From assembly GCF_053078305.1 (NCBI RefSeq), contig NZ_CP166879.1: a stretch of 64,000 nucleotides of DNA, one strand, 5' to 3'. The notes under the pieces are model-generated. The model was not told the origin of the DNA and did not search any database. It was given only the letters and a program-made list of their open reading frames with translations. A program made the translations under genes and the position numbers. Positions 51,562-62,715 of this stretch are shown in pieces. Positions within the stretch are counted from its first letter, which is position 1, and every line of letters begins with the position of its first letter.

Positions 51562-52509
51562 ATGCGTTTATTTTTTTCTCTGCTGATACTGTTGTCATTC
51601 TTTGCCCGCGCGACAGAACCTGTTCAGGTCTTTACTGATGATTTAGGGCGCAAAGTCACTGTTCCTGCTCATCCAAAGAGAATTGTCTCTTTACACGATC
51701 TTGATATCACTATTCCTCTGATTGAGCTCGGTGTACCTCCTGTCGCCAGCCACGGGCGAACTCGGCCTGACGGTAGCCATTTCATTCGATCAGGCGCGTT
51801 ATTGACAGGTGTCGACTTTGATAATTCATCGATCGCTTTTATTGGCACCGCTGATATTGATATTGAAGCGATTGTGGCGGCAAAGCCTGACCTGATTATC
51901 ACAGAACCGACCCGTAATACGCCCATTGAACAACTGGAAAAAATTGCGCCCACGGTGAGCATTGATCATCTCAAAGGAGGCGCGCCAGAAATCTACCGCA
52001 AGCTGGCAGAACTGACAGGAACGCAGTCGCAGCTGGCGATACTTGAACGCCGCTATCAGGCACAAATCAATGCGCTGAAGGCGACGCTGGACAGCCAAAA
52101 AATAACGGTATCGGTGATTCAGGCAAATCAGGGAAAAATTAATGTGATGCATAGCTATCATTCGCTGGGGCGGGTATTACGCGATGCTGGTTTTCGCTTT
52201 CCGCCGCTGATTGAGAGCATTCCTGAAGGTGGGCGAATGGATGTGAGCGCGGAGCGTTTACCTGAACTGGATGCCGATTTTGTTTTTGCAACCTGGCGCG
52301 GTGACACCGGTGGTAAACCTCAGGATGAGCTGGCAGCAATGGAAAAAGTCATGCCGGGATGGTGTCAGTTTCTGACTGCCTGTCGTTCCGGGCGTTATGT
52401 GCTGATTTCTCGTGAAGAGGCAATTTCTAACTCCTTTGCATCTCTGGGGCTGATGGCTGCGCAGATACAATCACAAATTGCGGGGCGACCTTTACCGGAG
52501 GCCAAATGA
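51562..52509 (+). CDS. Periplasmic iron-siderophore binding protein
   Basis: Start set at MRLFFSLLILLSFFARA (signal peptide, GGGAG SD). The track ORF has 21 extra codons. Confidence 0.85.
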   Translation: MRLFFSLLILLSFFARATEPVQVFTDDLGRKVTVPAHPKRIVSLHDLDITIPLIELGVPPVASHGRTRPDGSHFIRSGALLTGVDFDNSSIAFIGTADIDIEAIVAAKPDLIITEPTRNTPIEQLEKIAPTVSIDHLKGGAPEIYRKLAELTGTQSQLAILERRYQAQINALKATLDSQKITVSVIQANQGKINVMHSYHSLGRVLRDAGFRFPPLIESIPEGGRMDVSAERLPELDADFVFATWRGDTGGKPQDELAAMEKVMPGWCQFLTACRSGRYVLISREEAISNSFASLGLMAAQIQSQIAGRPLPEAK

Positions 52510-53393
52510 TTCAGAAAGACAAAACGCGGGTTGATATTTATGGTGAGCGTTTTCGCACTCGCGCGAGTCAGTTAACGCCTGGGTTAAGAGCTGTCGCCAG
52601 CTATATTAATGAGCATCGTGAAGTGGTACTCGAGCAAACGGCGATGGAAATTGCGGCCACGTTGAACACTTCCGATGCCACAGTTATCAGGGCTATACAG
52701 GCCCTGGGGTTTGCCGGGCTGCGTGATCTGAAACGCACTCTGGAACAGTGGCTTGGTCCAGCCCTTAGTTCCAGCGAAAAGATGTCTACGACGGTGAGTA
52801 ACTTGACGAGCGATGTTAACACCGCAATCGACTTTGTTCTTGAAGGGCATTTGTATACCTGTAATGTCCTGTCAGAGCCTGAAAACCGCCACGCGCTTGC
52901 GCAAGCGGTAGCGTTGTTGGTACAGGCACGGCAAGTCGCAATTTTTGGCATTGGCGCTTCGGGTATTCTGGCGGACTATACCGCACGACTATTCAACCGC
53001 ATAGGTTTGCCAGCCACGGCACTAAACCGTACGGGTATTGGCCTTGCCGAGCAACTGATCGCGCTTCAACGTGGCGATGTTCTGATCATGATGGCGCAAA
53101 AATCTGCGCACCGGGAAGGGCTGACAACGCTGCGTGAAGCGAGACGGCTGGGGATCCCTGTTATTTTGCTGACAAACGCGCTGGATTCACGTTTTAGCAA
53201 AGACGCCAGTATCGTGATTCATGTTCCGCGCGGGGATGAAAAGGGGAAAACGCCACTACATGGTACGGTATTGTTGTGCCTGGAAATGATTGTCTGGTCG
53301 GTGGCTTCCGCGGTGCCGCAGCGTGCGGTTAAAACCATTAAGCGAATTAACGATTTCCATCGGGGGCTGAAAACGGGAAGAAAGAATGGCTAA
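52506..53393 (+). CDS. RpiR/MurR-family regulator (HTH_6 plus SIS domain)
   Basis: 295-aa ORF with an N-terminal HTH (...MEIAATLNTSDATVIRAIQALGF...) and a SIS-like C-terminal half. Overlaps the binding-protein stop. Confidence 0.8.
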   Translation: MIQKDKTRVDIYGERFRTRASQLTPGLRAVASYINEHREVVLEQTAMEIAATLNTSDATVIRAIQALGFAGLRDLKRTLEQWLGPALSSSEKMSTTVSNLTSDVNTAIDFVLEGHLYTCNVLSEPENRHALAQAVALLVQARQVAIFGIGASGILADYTARLFNRIGLPATALNRTGIGLAEQLIALQRGDVLIMMAQKSAHREGLTTLREARRLGIPVILLTNALDSRFSKDASIVIHVPRGDEKGKTPLHGTVLLCLEMIVWSVASAVPQRAVKTIKRINDFHRGLKTGRKNG

Positions 53394-53401
53394 TCTGACC
53401 T

Positions 53402-53429
53402 GAGGCCGGTAGCAACACCGGCCTCTTTT
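53402..53429. terminator. Bidirectional terminator between the RpiR-like gene and ygiN
   Basis: gaggccggt-agcaac-accggcctc followed by tttt. Confidence 0.75.
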
Positions 53430-53437
53430 CAGGAATG

Positions 53438-53752
53438 TTAAATCCCCGGTTGCAGAATACGGATATTCATCTCCAGCACGTCGCCTTTTACGGCTTCGCT
53501 GTACGCCTTCATGTGCGGGGTTTGCAGATGCGCTTCAAGGTGCGCGATGCTTTCCCACTGCTCAATCATCACGATAGAGTCCGGTGCCATAGACTGGAAA
53601 CTCACGCCAGCAGCGCAATCCACCATTGGCGCATAGCCGTGGCAACCTTCTTCTTTCAGTACGGTTGGAACGATTTTAGCAAACTGATCCAATACCGCCT
53701 GACGGTGATGTTGACCAGGACGAGTACGGATTTCTGCGATTACGGTAAGCAT
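53438..53752 (-). CDS. ygiN: Quinol monooxygenase
   Basis: 104-aa ABM-domain ORF MLTVIAEIRTRPGQHHRQAVLDQF.... Confidence 0.93.
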   Translation of the reverse strand: MLTVIAEIRTRPGQHHRQAVLDQFAKIVPTVLKEEGCHGYAPMVDCAAGVSFQSMAPDSIVMIEQWESIAHLEAHLQTPHMKAYSEAVKGDVLEMNIRILQPGI

Positions 53753-53782
53753 GGTTAACTCCTTCTAAAGCCTGAGCTCTAG

Positions 53783-54364
53783 TTAACCAAAAATTTCCAC
53801 AAGATGCTTGCGATATTCTTCAGTATAGCGGGGAACATCAGGCATTTTTATCACGTCATTAGCGATAAATGTCGGCAGCGGTTCCATGCCAAGGAATTGG
53901 TTTGCTTTATGGAACGGCAGATACACACCGTCGACGCCAACGCCGTGGAAGAATTGATCTTTTTCGGTGAAGGCTTCCATTGGTGCGTTCCAGGTCAGAG
54001 AAAGCATATATTTTTTGCCCTGTACCAGGCCGCCGGAACCGTATTTTTTCGACGGATCTTTGCGGGTACGACCATCGCTGGCATACAGCGTCCCGTGACC
54101 TTCGGTGAATACATCATCAATGTATTTTTTCACTGTCCACGGCGCGCCCATCCACCAGCCTGGCATCTGCCAGATCACCACATCAGCCCAGAGAAAGTTT
54201 TGTACTTCCGCTTTGACATCGTAGTCGCTGTCGGCGCGAACGATGCGAACATCATGCCCGAGGTCGCGCAGTGTGCCATCCGCGACTTCGGTCAGGGTGT
54301 CGTTCAGTTGACCATTGGAGTGGGCGAATTTTTTCGCGCCGTTGATAATCAGGATGTTGCTCAT
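53783..54364 (-). CDS. mdaB: NADPH:quinone oxidoreductase MdaB
   Basis: 193-aa flavodoxin-like ORF. Confidence 0.95.
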   Translation of the reverse strand: MSNILIINGAKKFAHSNGQLNDTLTEVADGTLRDLGHDVRIVRADSDYDVKAEVQNFLWADVVIWQMPGWWMGAPWTVKKYIDDVFTEGHGTLYASDGRTRKDPSKKYGSGGLVQGKKYMLSLTWNAPMEAFTEKDQFFHGVGVDGVYLPFHKANQFLGMEPLPTFIANDVIKMPDVPRYTEEYRKHLVEIFG

Positions 54365-54473
54365 TTTTTAACCTCAAGGTGAGACGTTTGCCGACTATAG
54401 TACGTCACAGAGCGGTACGGTGAAATTAGCAAAATGTGCAAAGTCTTTTGCGAATTTAGCAAAAGTCTTACCC

Positions 54474-55823
54474 TTACCAGCTTACCTTCGCCTCAAATCC
54501 ACCTTGTTCCGCATTCCCAAACTCAACATTCATGCCATGCAGCTTGGCGATTCGCTGGACAATCGATAGCCCAAGTCCACTGCCGGTAGCGGTTTGTCCG
54601 GGTGGGCGATAGAAGCGTTCGCCAATTCGCGCTAGTGCCTCTGGCGTCACACCGGGGCCGTTATCCCTCACGATGAAATTATCGGCATTCAGCGTGACGT
54701 CTACCACGCTGCCCTGTGGACTGTAGCGCACGGCGTTATCCAGCAAATTTCGCACCAACAAACTTAGCAATAGCGGTTGCCCGGTGCGTTTGATGCTGTG
54801 GGCATTGAGTGTCAGTCGCACGTCAATTTTCGCCTGCTGCGCCGTGTGGTAAATATCCATCACCGACGATTGCAGGAGATCTTCAAGCGGGATCTCCGCG
54901 ACGTCCTGAAGGTTATCCAGTGAGTCCAGCCGCGATAGCGTGAGCAGTTGATCAACCAGACGAGTAGCGCGATCGATCCCGTAATGTAATTGAAGCAGTG
55001 CTTTTTTCCGCGCCTGCGGATCATCGTCAGAGAGCTGCGCAACTTCGGTTTGCACTTTCAGCGCCGTTAACGGGCTACGAAGTTCGTGAGCTGCGTCGGA
55101 GGTAAAGCGTCGTTCACGAACCATCATCGCATGTGTGCGGGCGAACAGTTGATTTAGCGACTCAACCAGTGGTCGCACTTCGCTGGGTACGCCAGTCGCG
55201 TTTAGTGGTTTTTCCGAGTCAGGGTCACGCATACGTAGTGCCAGCGCCAGTTTGTTCAGCGGCGCGAGTTCACGACCCAGTAGTACCATCATGATGATTA
55301 ACATAATCGGCAGTGCGACCAACCACGGGATCAATTGCCCGGCAACAATCGCCAGCGCCATGTCTTCACGGTATTCCCATTCCTGACCAACAACGATGCG
55401 ATATTTGCCATCAGGTGAGGTCATCCAGACAAAACGCCATTGATCTTTATCGCCCACCAGTTGCCCGTCAGCAAAACCTTCCCGTTGATAGCTATAGGGA
55501 ATATCTTCTCCGTTATCGCCATCGTTAAGGACCATTCTGCCGTCGTGGGTAAAGATGGCAAAGGTCAGCGCATCGTCATCAACATGACCGTGTTTTAATT
55601 TATTTGGCGTCTGTGCCATGCGATCCGCCGCGTTGATTTCGTTGAGATCGAGCGTACTTAACCGCTTGGCAAACAGCATCAGTTGGGTGTCGAACAACTC
55701 ATCGACGTTATCCGTTGTTTGTTTCCAGGCGACAAAGCTGGAAAGCAGCCAGGTCACCGAGGCCAGAATTAAAAAGATTAGCGTCAGCCTGACGCGCAGA
55801 CTAAGACGTTGGGTAAATTTCAT
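54474..55823 (-). CDS. qseC: Sensor histidine kinase QseC
   Basis: 449-aa ORF with two TM segments, the H-box [10 protein letters not shown] and an ATPase domain. Confidence 0.95.
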   Translation of the reverse strand: MKFTQRLSLRVRLTLIFLILASVTWLLSSFVAWKQTTDNVDELFDTQLMLFAKRLSTLDLNEINAADRMAQTPNKLKHGHVDDDALTFAIFTHDGRMVLNDGDNGEDIPYSYQREGFADGQLVGDKDQWRFVWMTSPDGKYRIVVGQEWEYREDMALAIVAGQLIPWLVALPIMLIIMMVLLGRELAPLNKLALALRMRDPDSEKPLNATGVPSEVRPLVESLNQLFARTHAMMVRERRFTSDAAHELRSPLTALKVQTEVAQLSDDDPQARKKALLQLHYGIDRATRLVDQLLTLSRLDSLDNLQDVAEIPLEDLLQSSVMDIYHTAQQAKIDVRLTLNAHSIKRTGQPLLLSLLVRNLLDNAVRYSPQGSVVDVTLNADNFIVRDNGPGVTPEALARIGERFYRPPGQTATGSGLGLSIVQRIAKLHGMNVEFGNAEQGGFEAKVSW

Positions 55824-56479
55824 TTCTCACCTAATGTGTAGCCAATACCATGCACGGTACGAATAAAATCACTACCGAGTTTGCGTCGCAGATGATGCAC
55901 ATGCACTTCAACGGCATTACTGGTGACATCTTCGTCCCAGGTATACAGTTTCTCTTCAATCAGTTTGCGCGGCAGTACCCGACCAGCGTTACGCATCAGT
56001 AATTCCAGCAGGGCAAATTCTTTTGGTTTCAGCGTTAAGGGTTCGCCAGCCAGCGTGGCGATACGTTTGCCGGGGTCGAGCATGACGTTCCCGTGGCGCA
56101 GTTCGTTGCTGGCCTGGCCGTTGGTTCGGCGCATCAGTGCTTCCAGCCTGGCGGCGACTTCTATCAACGCAAAAGGTTTACACAGATAATCGTCAGCTCC
56201 CAGACGCAGCCCCTCTACACGTTCCGCCAGCGCATCGCGCGCGGTCAGGATCAGTACCGGCTCACGCTGACCTTTTTCTCGCCATTCGCGCAAAATATCG
56301 CGACCATCCATGCCTGGTAAGGTTAAATCCAGGATCACCGCATCATAAGGCGCGCTATAAAGCGCCTCTTTTCCCTGACGACCTTGTGTAAACCAGTCGA
56401 CGCTAAAACCCATTTTACTAAGGCCCGTTTTGATGCCGTCGCCAATCAGCATGTCATCTTCTATCAGTAAAATTCGCAT
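55820..56479 (-). CDS. qseB: OmpR-family response regulator QseB
   Basis: 219-aa [18 protein letters not shown].... Overlaps the qseC start. Confidence 0.96.
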   Translation of the reverse strand: MRILLIEDDMLIGDGIKTGLSKMGFSVDWFTQGRQGKEALYSAPYDAVILDLTLPGMDGRDILREWREKGQREPVLILTARDALAERVEGLRLGADDYLCKPFALIEVAARLEALMRRTNGQASNELRHGNVMLDPGKRIATLAGEPLTLKPKEFALLELLMRNAGRVLPRKLIEEKLYTWDEDVTSNAVEVHVHHLRRKLGSDFIRTVHGIGYTLGEK

Positions 56480-56630
56480 TTTTTCATCCCTGCGATAACC
56501 GTATTTGCTGCCAGTAAACCGTGTTGTAACGCGCTCTGTACAGCATTAAATTTTATTTTTTTCCCTTAAGAAGTTGTTAAGGACTATCTTGTTAAATGCT
56601 CGGAAACAGACATTAAAGGGAGTAACAAAC

Positions 56631-57023
56631 ATGAAAAAATTCGCAGCAGTAATCGCAGTAATGGCCCTGTGCAGTGCACCGGTGATGGCAGCAGAGCAGG
56701 GCGGTTTTTCTGGCCCATCGGCAACGCAAAGTCAGGCTGGAGGATTCCAGGGGCCGAACGGCAGCGTAACGACTGTAGAAAGCGCAAAATCCCTGCGTGA
56801 CGACACCTGGGTAACCCTGCGCGGCAATATCGTTGAACGCATCTCTGACGATCTCTACGTGTTCAAAGATGCCAGCGGTACTATCAATGTTGATATCGAT
56901 CACAAACGCTGGAACGGCGTGACGGTGACGCCGAAAGATACGGTTGAGATTCAGGGTGAAGTCGATAAAGACTGGAATTCTGTTGAAATTGACGTCAAAC
57001 AGATCCGCAAAGTAAATCCGTAA
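56631..57023 (+). CDS. ygiW: Periplasmic OB-fold (BOF) stress protein YgiW
   Basis: 130 aa from MKKFAAVIAVMALCSAPVMA (signal peptide). Confidence 0.92.
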   Translation: MKKFAAVIAVMALCSAPVMAAEQGGFSGPSATQSQAGGFQGPNGSVTTVESAKSLRDDTWVTLRGNIVERISDDLYVFKDASGTINVDIDHKRWNGVTVTPKDTVEIQGEVDKDWNSVEIDVKQIRKVNP

Positions 57024-57075
57024 TTGTTACCGCTCCCGGGATGCGTTCCCGGGAATAATTTCGCAGGGAGGCAAC

Positions 57076-57558
57076 ATGACAAACCTGACACTGGATGTAA
57101 ACATTATCGATTTCCCATCAATCCCTGTGGCGATGTTGCCGCACCGCTATAGCCCTGAGTTGCTCAACTACAGCGTGGCGAAATTTATCATGTGGCGTAA
57201 AGAGACGGGGCTTTCTCCTGTTAACCAAAGCCAGACTTTTGGCGTCGCCTGGGACGACCCTGCCACCACCGCACCGGAAGCGTTTCGCTTTGATATCTGC
57301 GGCAGCGTTAGCGAACCGATTCCCGATAATCGTTATGGTGTGAGCAATGGTGAACTTACCGGTGGACGTTATGCCGTGGCCCGCCACGTTGGCGAGCTGG
57401 ACGATATTTCACACACGATATGGGGCATTATTCGCCACTGGCTGCCTGCAAGCGGCGAGAAAATGCGTAAAGCACCGATTCTGTTTCACTACACCAATCT
57501 TGCCGAAGGGGTGACGGAGCAGCGACTGGAAACGGATGTTTATGTGCCGTTAGCGTGA
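57076..57558 (+). CDS. ygiV: GyrI-like domain transcription-associated protein YgiV
   Basis: 160-aa ORF. Confidence 0.9.
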   Translation: MTNLTLDVNIIDFPSIPVAMLPHRYSPELLNYSVAKFIMWRKETGLSPVNQSQTFGVAWDDPATTAPEAFRFDICGSVSEPIPDNRYGVSNGELTGGRYAVARHVGELDDISHTIWGIIRHWLPASGEKMRKAPILFHYTNLAEGVTEQRLETDVYVPLA

Positions 57559-57666
57559 TGGGGAATCTTTACCGGAGTGTGAGCCAAATCACTCGCGATA
57601 AGTTTGAGCGAACAATGCCACAGGCGTATTGTTGTTGGGCTTATAATTTCTCCGGTAAGGAATACC

Positions 57667-59274
57667 ATGTATACGCGAAATTTATTATGGCTGGTCAGCC
57701 TGGTAAGTGCGGCTCCTCTCTACGCTGCTGACGTTCCCACCAACACACCGCTCGCTCCGCAACAAGTCTTTCGTTACAACAATCATAGCGACCCAGGTAC
57801 GCTCGACCCGCAAAAGGTGGAGGAGAATACTGCCGCGCAGATTGTGCTGGATCTGTTTGAAGGTCTGGTATGGATGGACGGTGAAGGCCAGGTGCAGCCC
57901 GCTCAGGCTGAACGCTGGGAGATAATGGACGGCGGCAGGCGCTATATTTTCCATCTGCGTAGCGGTTTGCAGTGGTCCGACGGTCAGCCTCTGACGGCAG
58001 AGGATTTTGTCCTCGGCTGGCAGCGCGCGGTTGACCCGAAAACGGCAAGCCCTTTTGCTGGCTATCTGGCACAGGCGCACATTAACAATGCCGCGGCTAT
58101 TGTTGCGGGTAAAGCAGATGTTACATCGCTGGGTGTCAAAGCGACGGATGATCGAACTCTTGAAGTTACGCTTGAGCAGCCGGTTCCTTGGTTCACGACG
58201 ATGCTCGCCTGGCCGACGCTCTTCCCGGTTCCTCATCATGTCATCGCTAAACATGGCGATAGCTGGAGTAAGCCAGAGAACATGGTTTACAACGGTGCCT
58301 TTGTGCTTGATCAGTGGGTAGTTAACGAAAAGATTACTGCACGCAAAAATCCAAAGTACCGCGATGCGCAACATACAGTATTGCAACAGGTTGAGTATCT
58401 GGCGCTGGATAATTCGGTCACCGGCTATAACCGCTATCGCGCGGGAGAGGTCGATCTCACCTGGGTTCCGGCGCAGCAAATTCCCGCCATTGAAAAATCA
58501 CTGCCTGGCGAGCTACGAATTATTCCGCGTCTGAACAGCGAATATTACAACTTCAACCTTGAGAAACCGCCATTTAACGATGTGCGAGTGCGTCGGGCGC
58601 TATATCTTACGGTTGATCGACAGCTTATTGCGCAAAAGGTACTGGGGTTGAGGACGCCCGCAACCACGCTGACGCCGCCAGAGGTAAAAGGCTTTAGCGC
58701 GACGACGTTCGATGAACTGCAAAAGCCAATGAGTGAGCGCGTCGCGATGGCAAAAGCCTTGCTGAAACAGGCGGGATACGACGCCTCTCATCCGCTACGC
58801 TTTGAGCTGTTCTACAACAAGTACGATCTGCATGAAAAGACCGCGATAGCGTTGTCTTCCGAATGGAAAAAATGGCTGGGTGCACAGGTGACGCTGCGCA
58901 CAATGGAGTGGAAAACCTATCTTGATGCCCGACGAGCCGGTGATTTCATGCTGTCTCGGCAGTCGTGGGATGCGACGTACAATGATGCTTCCAGCTTCCT
59001 GAACACGCTCAAAAGCGATAGTGAAGAAAACGTCGGTCACTGGAAAAATGCGCAGTATGACGCCTTACTAAACCAGGCCACGCAGATCACTGATGCGACA
59101 AAGCGTAATGCGTTGTATCAGCAGGCAGAAGTGATCATCAACCAACAGGCACCGCTGATTCCTATCTACTATCAGCCGTTAATCAAACTGCTTAAACCCT
59201 ACGTTGGCGGTTTTCCGCTGCATAATCCCCAGGATTATGTCTACAGCAAAGAGTTGTATATCAAGGCACATTGA
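57667..59274 (+). CDS. ygiS: Periplasmic family-5 (oligopeptide-type) solute-binding protein YgiS
   Basis: 535 aa from MYTRNLLWLVSLVSAAPLYA (signal peptide). Confidence 0.9.
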   Translation: MYTRNLLWLVSLVSAAPLYAADVPTNTPLAPQQVFRYNNHSDPGTLDPQKVEENTAAQIVLDLFEGLVWMDGEGQVQPAQAERWEIMDGGRRYIFHLRSGLQWSDGQPLTAEDFVLGWQRAVDPKTASPFAGYLAQAHINNAAAIVAGKADVTSLGVKATDDRTLEVTLEQPVPWFTTMLAWPTLFPVPHHVIAKHGDSWSKPENMVYNGAFVLDQWVVNEKITARKNPKYRDAQHTVLQQVEYLALDNSVTGYNRYRAGEVDLTWVPAQQIPAIEKSLPGELRIIPRLNSEYYNFNLEKPPFNDVRVRRALYLTVDRQLIAQKVLGLRTPATTLTPPEVKGFSATTFDELQKPMSERVAMAKALLKQAGYDASHPLRFELFYNKYDLHEKTAIALSSEWKKWLGAQVTLRTMEWKTYLDARRAGDFMLSRQSWDATYNDASSFLNTLKSDSEENVGHWKNAQYDALLNQATQITDATKRNALYQQAEVIINQQAPLIPIYYQPLIKLLKPYVGGFPLHNPQDYVYSKELYIKAH

Positions 59275-59411
59275 TGCCTTTATCGCCGTCGGAGCACGTC
59301 CGGCGGCGCTATTCACGCTGATCTCCTGTGACTCGACGCGGCAGATAATGTAGTATCTCCGGCAATATTGCCCCTTTGAAGGCTGGCGAATAAGTTGAGG
59401 AATCAGAATTA

Positions 59412-61670
59412 ATGAGCGATATGGCAGAGCGCCTTGCGCTACATGAATTTACGGAAAACGCCTACTTAAACTACTCCATGTACGTGATCATGGACCGTGC
59501 GTTGCCGTTTATTGGTGATGGTCTGAAACCTGTTCAGCGCCGCATTGTGTATGCGATGTCTGAACTGGGCCTGAATGCCAGCGCCAAATTTAAAAAATCG
59601 GCCCGTACCGTCGGTGACGTACTGGGTAAATACCATCCGCACGGCGATAGCGCCTGTTATGAAGCGATGGTCCTGATGGCGCAGCCGTTCTCTTACCGTT
59701 ATCCGCTGGTTGATGGTCAGGGGAACTGGGGCGCGCCGGACGATCCGAAATCGTTCGCGGCAATGCGTTACACCGAATCCCGGTTGTCGAAATATTCCGA
59801 GCTGCTATTGAGCGAGTTGGGGCAGGGGACGGCTGACTGGGTGCCAAACTTCGACGGCACTTTGCAGGAGCCGAAAATGCTACCTGCCCGTCTGCCAAAC
59901 ATTTTGCTTAACGGCACCACCGGTATTGCCGTCGGCATGGCGACCGATATTCCACCGCATAACCTGCGTGAAGTGGCTCAGGCGGCAATCGCATTAATCG
60001 ACCAGCCGAAAACCACGCTCGATCAGCTGCTGGATATCGTGCAGGGGCCGGATTATCCGACTGAAGCGGAAATTATCACTTCGCGCGCCGAGATCCGTAA
60101 AATCTACGAGAACGGACGTGGTTCAGTGCGTATGCGCGCGGTGTGGAAGAAAGAAGATGGCGCGGTGGTTATCAGCGCATTGCCGCATCAGGTTTCAGGT
60201 GCGCGCGTACTGGAGCAAATTGCTGCGCAAATGCGCAACAAAAAGCTGCCGATGGTTGACGATCTGCGCGATGAATCTGACCACGAGAACCCGACCCGTC
60301 TGGTGATTGTGCCGCGTTCCAACCGCGTGGATATGGATCAGGTGATGAACCACCTCTTCGCTACCACCGATCTGGAAAAGAGCTATCGTATTAACCTTAA
60401 TATGATCGGTCTGGATGGTCGTCCGGCGGTGAAAAACCTGCTGGAAATCCTCTCCGAATGGCTGGTGTTCCGCCGCGATACTGTGCGCCGCCGACTGAAC
60501 TATCGTCTGGAGAAAGTCCTCAAGCGCCTGCATATCCTCGAAGGTTTGCTGGTGGCGTTTCTCAATATCGACGAAGTGATTGAGATCATTCGTAATGAAG
60601 ATGAACCGAAACCGGCGCTGATGTCGCGGTTTGGCCTTACGGAAACCCAGGCGGAAGCGATCCTCGAACTGAAACTGCGTCATCTTGCCAAACTGGAAGA
60701 GATGAAGATTCGCGGTGAGCAGAGTGAGCTGGAAAAAGAGCGCGACCAGTTGCAGGGCATTTTGGCTTCCGAGCGTAAAATGAATAACCTGCTGAAGAAA
60801 GAACTGCAGGCAGACGCGCAAGCCTACGGTGACGATCGTCGTTCGCCGTTGCAGGAACGCGAAGAAGCGAAAGCGATGAGCGAGCACGACATGCTGCCGT
60901 CTGAACCTGTCACCATTGTGCTGTCGCAGATGGGCTGGGTACGCAGCGCTAAAGGCCATGATATCGACGCGCCGGGCCTGAATTATAAAGCGGGTGATAG
61001 CTTCAAAGCGGCGGTGAAAGGTAAGAGCAACCAACCGGTAGTGTTTGTTGATTCCACCGGTCGTAGCTATGCCATCGACCCGATTACGCTGCCGTCGGCG
61101 CGTGGTCAGGGCGAACCGCTCACCGGCAAATTAACGTTGCCGCCTGGGGCGACCGTTGACCATATGCTGATGGAAAGCGACGATCAGAAACTGCTGATGG
61201 CTTCCGATGCGGGTTACGGTTTCGTCTGCACCTTTAACGATCTGGTGGCGCGTAACCGTGCAGGTAAGGCTTTGATCACCTTACCGGAAAATGCCCATGT
61301 TATGCCGCCGGTGGTGATTGAAGATGCTTCCGATATGCTGCTGGCAATCACTCAGGCAGGCCGTATGTTGATGTTCCCGGTAAGTGATCTGCCGCAGCTG
61401 TCGAAGGGCAAAGGCAACAAGATTATCAACATTCCATCGGCAGAAGCCGCGCGTGGCGAGGATGGTCTGGCGCAACTGTACGTTCTGCCGCCGCAAAGCA
61501 CGCTGACCATTCATGTTGGGAAACGCAAAATTAAACTGCGTCCGGAAGAGCTACAGAAAGTCACTGGCGAACGTGGACGCCGCGGTACGTTGATGCGCGG
61601 TTTGCAGCGTATCGATCGTGTTGAGATCGACTCTCCTCGCCGTGCCAGCAGCGGTGATAGCGAAGAGTAA
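59412..61670 (+). CDS. parC: DNA topoisomerase IV subunit A
   Basis: 752-aa ORF with the active-site region ...AAMRYTE.... Confidence 0.98.
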
Positions 61671-61903
61671 TATGCCGGGGAGGGCGCTGTTTCCTCCCGC
61701 TTGCAAGGAACGCCGGATGAAACGTTAAGTCGTCATCCGGCAGCGTATTCAACCCCCGGAAACGATAAAAATTCCCTTGAAACCGTTGTTTATTCATGCG
61801 TTGCGATTAACAATACGCTTTTCCAGAGAGCGGCTTTTAACAATGCCCTAACCTGATTTCAGGTGACGTACAATGCCAGTCTCTCAGACCTTCAGAGGGT
61901 GTT

Positions 61904-62641
61904 ATGCTATATATCTTTCGTCTTATTATTACCGTGATTTACAGCATCTTAGTCTGTGTATTCGGCTCCATTTACTGCCTTTTCAGCCCGCGTAACCCGA
62001 AACATGTGGCCACCTTTGGGCATATGTTTGGTCGTCTTGCGCCGCTGTTCGGCCTGAAAGTTGAGTGCCGCAAACCTGCAGATGCTGAAAGCTACGGCAA
62101 TGCTATCTATATCGCTAACCACCAGAACAACTATGACATGGTGACAGCATCGAACATTGTGCAACCGCCGACGGTGACGGTAGGTAAAAAGAGCTTGCTG
62201 TGGATCCCCTTCTTCGGGCAGTTGTACTGGTTAACCGGCAACTTATTGATCGACAGAAACAATCGCACTAAAGCTCACGGCACTATTGCGGAAGTAGTGA
62301 ATCATTTCAAAAAACGCCGTATTTCCATTTGGATGTTCCCGGAAGGTACCCGCAGCCGTGGTCGCGGCCTGCTACCGTTCAAGACCGGGGCATTTCACGC
62401 GGCAATTGCGGCGGGCGTCCCGATTATTCCCGTGTGCGTCTCTACAACTTCGAATAAGATTAATCTTAATCGACTGCACAACGGTCTGGTGATTGTCGAA
62501 ATGCTGCCGCCAATTGACGTCAGTCAGTATGGCAAAGATCAGGTTCGTGAGCTGGCTGCCCATTGTCGTTCGATAATGGAACAAAAAATCGCCGAGCTCG
62601 ATAAAGAAGTCGCAGAGCGCGAAGCCGCCGGAAAAGTTTAA
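61904..62641 (+). CDS. plsC: 1-acyl-sn-glycerol-3-phosphate acyltransferase
   Basis: 245-aa ORF with the HXXXXD motif NHQNNYD. Confidence 0.96.
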   Translation: MLYIFRLIITVIYSILVCVFGSIYCLFSPRNPKHVATFGHMFGRLAPLFGLKVECRKPADAESYGNAIYIANHQNNYDMVTASNIVQPPTVTVGKKSLLWIPFFGQLYWLTGNLLIDRNNRTKAHGTIAEVVNHFKKRRISIWMFPEGTRSRGRGLLPFKTGAFHAAIAAGVPIIPVCVSTTSNKINLNRLHNGLVIVEMLPPIDVSQYGKDQVRELAAHCRSIMEQKIAELDKEVAEREAAGKV

Positions 62642-62715
62642 GTCGGCAATCTGTATTTTTGCGGGGAACACTTTCCTGCACGGTATTACTTTAGCCAGTT
62701 TTACATGGAGCAAAT

